In this document: in pieces, positions 58,201 to 64,000 of the stretch
How the letters are laid out: each line of letters opens with the position of its first letter
Position numbering within the stretch: the first letter of the stretch is position 1
IMG/VR virus record: IMGVR_UViG_3300029448_000007
Source of the DNA: an uncultured virus (IMG/VR IMGVR_UViG_3300029448_000007)
Lineage: Duplodnaviria > Heunggongvirae > Uroviricota > Caudoviricetes > Crassvirales
Strand: one strand, 5' to 3'
DNA: 64,000 bases
The notes under the pieces: generated by a model
Seen by the model: only the letters and a program-made list of their open reading frames with translations
Databases searched by the model: none
What the model was told of the DNA's origin: nothing
Program-made: the position numbers and the translations under genes

Positions 58201-61200
58201 GGGTGTTTACTTTAACATTGATGAAACTGGAAGACCAACATACTTAAAGTATTCACAAGCCGTACTTATACCTCAGCTTATCAAAGGCTCTCCTACATTA
58301 GAAAAGATGGCTGTAAAAATGAAAGCTGGGGGTATTGATGAACTTGTAACACTTGACGGTATTAAGGTTGGTGCGCCATCAAATATGTTTGATGCCAACT
58401 TAGATATTGAGAATAGTAAGTTCTTGACACTTGAACTTGATGCGACAAAGTGGAGACTGCAACAAGATCTTCCAACAAAAGGTGTTAAGCAACAAGATGT
58501 TGGTTCTCAGATAATGAAGAACATTCTTGCAAACATCAAACTTGATGGTGACTATACATTAGATAGAGAAACAGTAAAAGGTTCTAAAATTAAAGATAAA
58601 ATTTTTGAAATTATTAAAGAGCTTTCAGATGAGGGTACTTTAAGTTTTAAAAAAGAAATCTTTCAAACTGACGAAAGTGGTAATATTATCGAAGGTAAAA
58701 TTGATAGAACAAAAGTTACAAAGCTTATTCTAGATAATCTTAGAGATGTTGATGAAAACATAGAGTACGCTCTTAATAGAGGTACTAGCTTTGATGTTCT
58801 ACCGAACATTAGAACTCAAGTTCAAAATACTCTTTTTTCACAGATTGCAAAAGCGATGAAACCAAAAACATTGGGTGCTGGTTTTATCCAAGTAGCTCCT
58901 TATGGTTTTGAAAATTTTGAGAATAGGTCTGATGTTATCTGGCTCAAAGAAGGAGAAAAAGTTTTAGATCCACCCAGAGAAGCCAATAACTTTAAAGGTG
59001 AATTCTTAGTATCAGGGTCTTTATTGAATAAGCTTATTCAAAAGAAAAAACCAGGTGAAACGTATAAGACTTATATTACTGATAAGAAAGGTAACATAGA
59101 AAGAAATGAAGATGGTTCTATAAATACAAGTCGTTTGTTTGGACCAGAAGGTTTGTTTAATAGTGTAAGTGACCTTAGTGCTATTGGATATCGTATTCCT
59201 AACCAAGGACTTTCATCTAATGATGCTTTGACTATTGCTGGTATTCTACCAGATATTGCTGGTGACATCATTGTACCTTACGGAGAAATTACAACTAAAA
59301 CGGGTTCTGACTTTGACATCGATAAGATGTATGTCATGTTTAAAAACATAGAACCTGATTTTTCAAAAGGTAAGAAAAAACAAACTAGAGCTCTTGTTTC
59401 CAATTTAATGAAAGCTGCAAAATTAGAAACTCCTAATAATACGTTGATTTCTTTGTATGAGTCTATTCTAACAAATCGTGAGCATACAGTTCCTCAAACA
59501 CTCAATCCTCTAGACTCAAGTGAGCTTCAAGACTTTATTGAAAAAGAGCTTGGTCTTAAAAAGATATTTGACCTTTTCGATCCTGTTGAGGATTTGAAAC
59601 TAAAACATAATATTAAAGGTGGTAAAGCAAATGTTGGTATTACAGCAAACCACATTGTAAATATTGTATATGCTCAATTAGCACAGTCTGAAATACTAGC
59701 TGACTTGGGTGTTGGACACTATAATGAGACAACAAACAGTACAGCTTTATACGAACAGTATGTAGAAGGTTCTGATAATGAGTATATTACTAAAACCCTT
59801 AATGACTTTCTTAACGCATTTGTTGATATCAACAAAGACCCATACATTGTAAATGGTAACTACAATACTAAGACTACTGGTATTGCATTTATGTTAATTA
59901 GAGCTGGAGCTTCAAAAGAATGGGTAACATCTTTTCTAAAGCAACCTGCTATTGACCGCCTTCTAAAAGGTATGGAGATGGAAGATGCAAGTGTTACAGG
60001 TTTTGTTCCCAATGATAAAAAAGCTTTACAAAGACTTATTAAAAGCTATGAGACTCTCTCTGGTAGTAAAATGGATTTTGATGAAGCTACAGAATATGTT
60101 AGAAGAAAGTTTACAGAAAAGAGTCTTAAGAAGAATGTGGGTAAGTCTGATACAGACCCTGAGTTTCAGCTAGCTACTTTGGTTATGTTCAAGAAGTATA
60201 TGCAGCTTGCTCAAGGACTTTCTAATTTTAACTCAGCGATGAGATCTGATGTATTGGGTGCGGGTAAAGATTATTCCGAACTTATAGCTATCAGAAATAC
60301 TGTTAGAAAAGTTTTGTATGAAAAGAAAGTAAGTGGTCTAGATGAAGTATTTGCAAATACTCAGGTAGGTACATTCTATGAAAACTCTGTTCGTATAGCA
60401 GAGGACGTTGTAGAACAACTATTTAATATTAACAAAGCGGATAACATTGTAGATGAGATTGGCAATGATATTACAGGTAATTATATCACCAATGCAAAAG
60501 ATATAACCGATATTCATAGATCTCTTTACACATATTTTTATTTCAGCGGAGAGATTGCAGAGATGACTGTTCAAGAACAAAAAGATTTGTTTACAGGTAA
60601 AGACAACTTAGGTAAGAGAATAAAACTAGCAAGACGAGGTGGAGAAAATATAGAAGGTGCTTACTTGCTTAACAATCTAAAAATTGAAGCTGCTAAGTTT
60701 AATGGTCAGGTATATAATTTTATTTCATTGCCTAGTTCTACAAAGGCGGATGCTGAATTTAAAGATGATGTTCGTAAAGCTTGGCTTGAACTTCTAAGAT
60801 CAAATGATGAAAACTTAAGACAGATTGGAGAAGACCTTGTTAAACATGGTTTCTTATCTACAGGTTTTAAGAAAGGTCTTGGTTCAACATTTGATTACAT
60901 TCCAAATGAATGGTTCTTTAGAAGCAACTTCGCTAAGAACGTACAATCTAAGTTTGATGATTTAGATAACCAATCTGCTTTTCAAGAAGCTGTTGACTTT
61001 GTATATTTAGATAACGAGGATAATTCTAAGTTTGTACCAAACATAAAAACCTTAGGAGATCGAGAAAATCTTTTTGGAAGCTCAAATGCTTTTATAGTTC
61101 CTAAGCCAGAAAAAACAGCAAGGAGATTTGTTAAAGATGATAAAGATTCTATCTATAAATTTATAGGTAAAGGTGCTGAAGGTGGACATATTTATCTTTT

Positions 61201-61906
61201 AAGTAAAAAAATTAAAGTTTCTTTAGACAATAAGTATAGTTACTATAGTATAAGAAAAGATAGTAATGATAAAACTTTGTTACCTAAGTCTCAAAAGGTA
61301 ATAGAAGATTTTACAGAACTAAGAAGAAAAGTTAATGGTCTAGTAAATAGAAGTGCTCAAGAAGTAAGAGAATCTATTTTTGAAGATATCAATAGTATCT
61401 CTGATAGAGATTTAGAATATTCTAATGAACGCCTTCAGCTTACTGAAGATATATCTCAACCAACACAACAAGCTGCTGAGGTTAAAAGTATTCCTGAAAA
61501 TATTAAAGATGTTGTAAATAAAGTTTATCCTGGATGGATAAACAAAACTAATAATCAAATAAGTCTCGCTGCCGAGTTTAAAACTGCTGAACGTGTTACA
61601 GAAACATTTGGGGAAAATACTATTGAAAAAAGAATTAATGATGGTAAGACAGCTTTAGATTTTTTAAATCAAATAAAGAAAGGTAAAAATCCTTTTACAG
61701 AAAAAACAACAATTGAAGAACAAATTCCAAATTTGTTATATAATTATCTAAGTGGAGAATTAGCTAAAGATGGTATTCTTGAAAAAGATATGTTTAATAA
61801 CATACTTCAAACAACACAGTCAAAAGTCGGAGAACAATTATCTCTTGACCTCTTACCTGAAGAGAGTGATGAGGAAGCGAAAGGAAGAAGTAGATGTAAA
61901 GGTTAA
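55229..61906 (+). CDS. Virion DNA-dependent RNA polymerase (crAss-type)
   Basis: GYRIPNQG and TGSDFDIDKMY catalytic motif, GDPAYYK...KR, ADAQAW, VDINKDP. Confidence 0.95.
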   Translation: MACKFIANNGIESKLHEQLIKEFGGDPSSLSKIGAFKEIPFNNRADDLYAFVQGSGFRAWFGDFTKENLPNTDENGEPVLQNDGEYYFEREDGAREYLTGEDSVFSIQDKHDVFELLRFGFIESLKSDDRGTLISFISESSSLEEALEGGLTSVMEDTVERIVNDENKVLTDSQMELLEKLYDNQEQTIPMFSDMMKRFYSNLGITFKEDNNIDEDENGNDKEGGTSIDSDFSPSVESDPIKTASRAVKVYLSHIAKSDSKSKFGEATYESFNGIQKTLIRLFSDAEGKSLSQFDMTFGELFDLYIDRLGKLENEFSWATTIIQDLNKMKENGDINSIKQFMVGLTSQYYNYTIGTFDTNGNVKYISTSASEGNTQRIISAWNTDFISNKGSLQQLSPDKVKKESDTQEGVVSTVVDHIFNNLSSFGINIKRQAIEDVITDENSTYLTGNTEEKAFKILNFFNDFVEDIQEKKEKGDFFDNLGREKSIIKENEFIREIAKKQVLYMEDNINESVQRPSGQSYSFSKPTFIKDQLDRILNAKNSQSYIKNLQNNKYYAVSKWFEALADKTKKAAVNMMSHFKKDRASDAGNDNKDIKLADELSMNITMMLRAVTAEGRKLKQRPVFRTLTAGDKSRAFHIEGDFPITQTEFFNDNKLGDNVITRAVDYVNAEFTRAYDVAKQIKAVEKGKAEGIIYYNTGPKNGLKIYSLPELSHQVYNAVVFDKSDSIADKMNQETKDLILDLHNKIKEVNKIGLYSENGMPMFADLVKDNEISDDIRAFVENIVTKKVLAGVAEMSSFFHPNVRGTKNEKPRIVVDKQILNEYKARNNNNEDAAINNILADYFVNQFFANIEYTKMFTGDPAYYKNEDDFRKRVQATYIDGDVGIFGDFKGKTDNKFKVAVTKKIFRATKEEILEEWKEYIGDKIENYKSNNIADAQAWITLDRWTQIEKSLGRWTKTHDKIFKKVNKGQDLNKEELDFVLKNHPPQSMKGVYFNIDETGRPTYLKYSQAVLIPQLIKGSPTLEKMAVKMKAGGIDELVTLDGIKVGAPSNMFDANLDIENSKFLTLELDATKWRLQQDLPTKGVKQQDVGSQIMKNILANIKLDGDYTLDRETVKGSKIKDKIFEIIKELSDEGTLSFKKEIFQTDESGNIIEGKIDRTKVTKLILDNLRDVDENIEYALNRGTSFDVLPNIRTQVQNTLFSQIAKAMKPKTLGAGFIQVAPYGFENFENRSDVIWLKEGEKVLDPPREANNFKGEFLVSGSLLNKLIQKKKPGETYKTYITDKKGNIERNEDGSINTSRLFGPEGLFNSVSDLSAIGYRIPNQGLSSNDALTIAGILPDIAGDIIVPYGEITTKTGSDFDIDKMYVMFKNIEPDFSKGKKKQTRALVSNLMKAAKLETPNNTLISLYESILTNREHTVPQTLNPLDSSELQDFIEKELGLKKIFDLFDPVEDLKLKHNIKGGKANVGITANHIVNIVYAQLAQSEILADLGVGHYNETTNSTALYEQYVEGSDNEYITKTLNDFLNAFVDINKDPYIVNGNYNTKTTGIAFMLIRAGASKEWVTSFLKQPAIDRLLKGMEMEDASVTGFVPNDKKALQRLIKSYETLSGSKMDFDEATEYVRRKFTEKSLKKNVGKSDTDPEFQLATLVMFKKYMQLAQGLSNFNSAMRSDVLGAGKDYSELIAIRNTVRKVLYEKKVSGLDEVFANTQVGTFYENSVRIAEDVVEQLFNINKADNIVDEIGNDITGNYITNAKDITDIHRSLYTYFYFSGEIAEMTVQEQKDLFTGKDNLGKRIKLARRGGENIEGAYLLNNLKIEAAKFNGQVYNFISLPSSTKADAEFKDDVRKAWLELLRSNDENLRQIGEDLVKHGFLSTGFKKGLGSTFDYIPNEWFFRSNFAKNVQSKFDDLDNQSAFQEAVDFVYLDNEDNSKFVPNIKTLGDRENLFGSSNAFIVPKPEKTARRFVKDDKDSIYKFIGKGAEGGHIYLLSKKIKVSLDNKYSYYSIRKDSNDKTLLPKSQKVIEDFTELRRKVNGLVNRSAQEVRESIFEDINSISDRDLEYSNERLQLTEDISQPTQQAAEVKSIPENIKDVVNKVYPGWINKTNNQISLAAEFKTAERVTETFGENTIEKRINDGKTALDFLNQIKKGKNPFTEKTTIEEQIPNLLYNYLSGELAKDGILEKDMFNNILQTTQSKVGEQLSLDLLPEESDEEAKGRSRCKG

Positions 61907-61924
61907 AATTAGTAAATTTACAAA

Positions 61925-64000
61925 ATGATAGCATGTCCTAATATAAATACACAAGAGTGGAAATCCTTAGAGGGAGCTCTTGGTGAAAATAGAGCATACC
62001 TTGCTTACTTTAGAGCTAACAAAGGTGCTAAGGAACTACGCATTCCTACTGTTGAAGAAGGTAAGAACCTCATCAAAGGTAATCAAACTGTAGAGCAGTC
62101 TATTCTAAAAGAGTTGCAGCACTATGGTATGATAGCCAAACGTCAGTATAAAAGCAAAATCAAAAAGTTTAGAGGTAAAGTTCTGTTTAGTATTCCAAAG
62201 ATTCGTACTGTCTCTGATATAAAAGAATACATTGGTCTCGAATCTAACGCTGTACTATTTAAAAGAAATGAGGGTGCTATCAATAACCTCAGAGATTTTA
62301 ATATGTCTTGGTTTACAATGGAGCGTACAGCAAATGCTGATTTCCTTGCTGTAGATGAAGATATTTATAAAGGTAGAAGAACTATTGATGTAAAGCCATT
62401 CGAGTCTAACAATAAAGAAGTTGATGATGGTGATTACATGAACTACCTTCAGTGGTGGCATACATTATCACCAGATCAAAAAGCTTCAGAGAATGCACTT
62501 CGTGTTCAAGATGGTTTGGATGAACTTCCTATTGAAGAAGGTTTCCAAAAAGAATCTTTCATGAATACAAAAGAGTCTATAAATAAGACTCAAAAAAAGA
62601 TTGAAACGATGATGGCTGTTATGAAAGCTAGAGGTATCAATGTTGAAGTTCGGTTAGATGAAAAGTTACCTCAAAAAGGTAAGTTTACAAGAGAGAAGAA
62701 TAAAAATATTATTACTCTTAATCCAAATAAGATTTCTCCAGACACAGCTATTCATGAATTTGCACACATCTTTATTGAAGAACTTGGTGGTTTAAACAAC
62801 CAAAGGATTAGAGCTGCTGTAAATGTTCTTAGAACAAGCAGACTATACGAACAAGTTAGAGAGTTGTATCCAGAGCTAACCGCTGAAGAGCTTGACAAAG
62901 AAGTTCTTGCTACAGCTATAGGATTAGAAGGTGCAGAAATCTTTGCAGATAATAAAGAGAAAGCTGGTTTTATCAATCGATTTAAAGATTGGTTTGTCAA
63001 TTTTGTTTCACAAAAACTTGGTCTTTCAAATACAGCTGTTACTCAGCTTACTCGTGAGCTTATTGGACAGTCTACCTATGAGACAAGAGCTTCTGATCTT
63101 GCTTATGAAAAAAGAAACTTTTCAAATGAGATAAATAATATCAATGATGTTATCAAAGTTATAATCGATGACCTTAAAGTTAGAACAAGGGAGATAAAAA
63201 AAATGGAAGGTTCTCCTGAAAAGATTGAAGAGATGGTTGACAATCTTGATGGTATCAGAGAAAACATTCAACGCTTCTATAAGAATTATGATGCTAGCGT
63301 CGCATTGTCTTATATCGAAGATGCTTATCAACAACTTAGCCAAGCGGCTGCTGACTTACAAGGTGATGTTTCTCTTTCAAGAATTCATATTATTCAAACA
63401 TACCTATCGTCTTATGAAATGCTACCTAGCATACGAAAGGTACTCAACAGACAAAATTTTACTCCCGAGACAAAACAAAAAATTAACGATAATATTGATG
63501 CTAGCCTTAGACTTATAGAAGAAACAAAGTCTAAGATTACTGATAAAAGAAAAGAAGCTGTTGTCGAACAGTTTTCAAAAACTTCTTTGTATGGTATAGG
63601 TGTTCTCAAAGAGCGTTTTGAAATAGAAGCTAACCAAAAGTATGCTTCTGAAACCAAGAGTGTTCGTAAAAAGCTTGTAGAAGATGAGGTTAATAGAAGA
63701 CTTGCTGAATCTGAAGACGAAGCTCTTGAGATAAACAGAGGATACTTCTCAAGCATAGTAGACTTTACTAATGCTGATATCTCATCAGTATCTGCTTGGG
63801 TAAATGACCCTGCTAATACAACATCTGCTACACTTTCTATGACTACTAGATTGTTAGATAGTACAGATGCTAAGACAAGATCGTTCTTCTTAAAAGAAAG
63901 AGAGCGTATACATACAGCAGTGCATAAGTTTTATAAAACCGTTGGTAAAAAATATGGTAAAGACCCATTTAAGAATCTTATAAGTACAGACTCTAATGGT
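61925..64000 (+). CDS. Giant virion protein with zincin-like metallopeptidase motif (partial)
   Basis: Hand-translated, open 692 codons to window edge; MIACPN..., AIHEFAH and downstream KEVLA. Confidence 0.85.
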   Translation, partial: MIACPNINTQEWKSLEGALGENRAYLAYFRANKGAKELRIPTVEEGKNLIKGNQTVEQSILKELQHYGMIAKRQYKSKIKKFRGKVLFSIPKIRTVSDIKEYIGLESNAVLFKRNEGAINNLRDFNMSWFTMERTANADFLAVDEDIYKGRRTIDVKPFESNNKEVDDGDYMNYLQWWHTLSPDQKASENALRVQDGLDELPIEEGFQKESFMNTKESINKTQKKIETMMAVMKARGINVEVRLDEKLPQKGKFTREKNKNIITLNPNKISPDTAIHEFAHIFIEELGGLNNQRIRAAVNVLRTSRLYEQVRELYPELTAEELDKEVLATAIGLEGAEIFADNKEKAGFINRFKDWFVNFVSQKLGLSNTAVTQLTRELIGQSTYETRASDLAYEKRNFSNEINNINDVIKVIIDDLKVRTREIKKMEGSPEKIEEMVDNLDGIRENIQRFYKNYDASVALSYIEDAYQQLSQAAADLQGDVSLSRIHIIQTYLSSYEMLPSIRKVLNRQNFTPETKQKINDNIDASLRLIEETKSKITDKRKEAVVEQFSKTSLYGIGVLKERFEIEANQKYASETKSVRKKLVEDEVNRRLAESEDEALEINRGYFSSIVDFTNADISSVSAWVNDPANTTSATLSMTTRLLDSTDAKTRSFFLKERERIHTAVHKFYKTVGKKYGKDPFKNLISTDSNG

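Noticed and set aside
8598..64000. Stop-codon reassignment (TAG/TGA) as in some gut crAss-like phages
   Set aside because: Terminase, portal, capsid, muzzle and RNAP are uninterrupted in the standard code; no suppressor tRNA seen

Overview
The window is a contiguous piece of a crAss-like (Crassvirales-type) lytic podophage genome, most likely infecting an environmental Bacteroidota/Flavobacteriia host (Bacteroidota TAnnTTTG promoters, AT-rich, standard genetic code). Positions 1-8470 are a minus-strand accessory/early region of small genes, with one canonical tRNA-Arg, one aberrant CAT tRNA-like element and a ~385-nt structured non-coding stretch. From 8598 everything is on the + strand: DUF5664 diphosphohydrolase, PhoH, HU/IHF-like, GroES-like, terminase, portal, scaffold, major capsid, ring/auxiliary capsid proteins, fibre/adhesin genes, lysis genes, metallophosphoesterase, tail muzzle, and the giant ejected proteins including the DFDID-type virion RNA polymerase. 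Most notable observations: (1) a gene-cassette array at 185-2665 whose genes are joined by a 17-bp repeat (AACACCAAAGAGAGATG) ending at GTT on the + strand, with cassette-specific inverted GTTA.../...TAAC boxes bracketing the C-terminal halves of genes, resembling integron attC core sites; (2) four early genes each packaged as conserved motif + ORF + hairpin; (3) the three giant ejection proteins carry their only cysteines at the termini that face each other in gene order; (4) a D-arm-less CAT tRNA-like gene and a large structured RNA candidate; (5) late promoters placed for leaderless translation. All family assignments are from motif recognition and synteny by eye, not from database searches.
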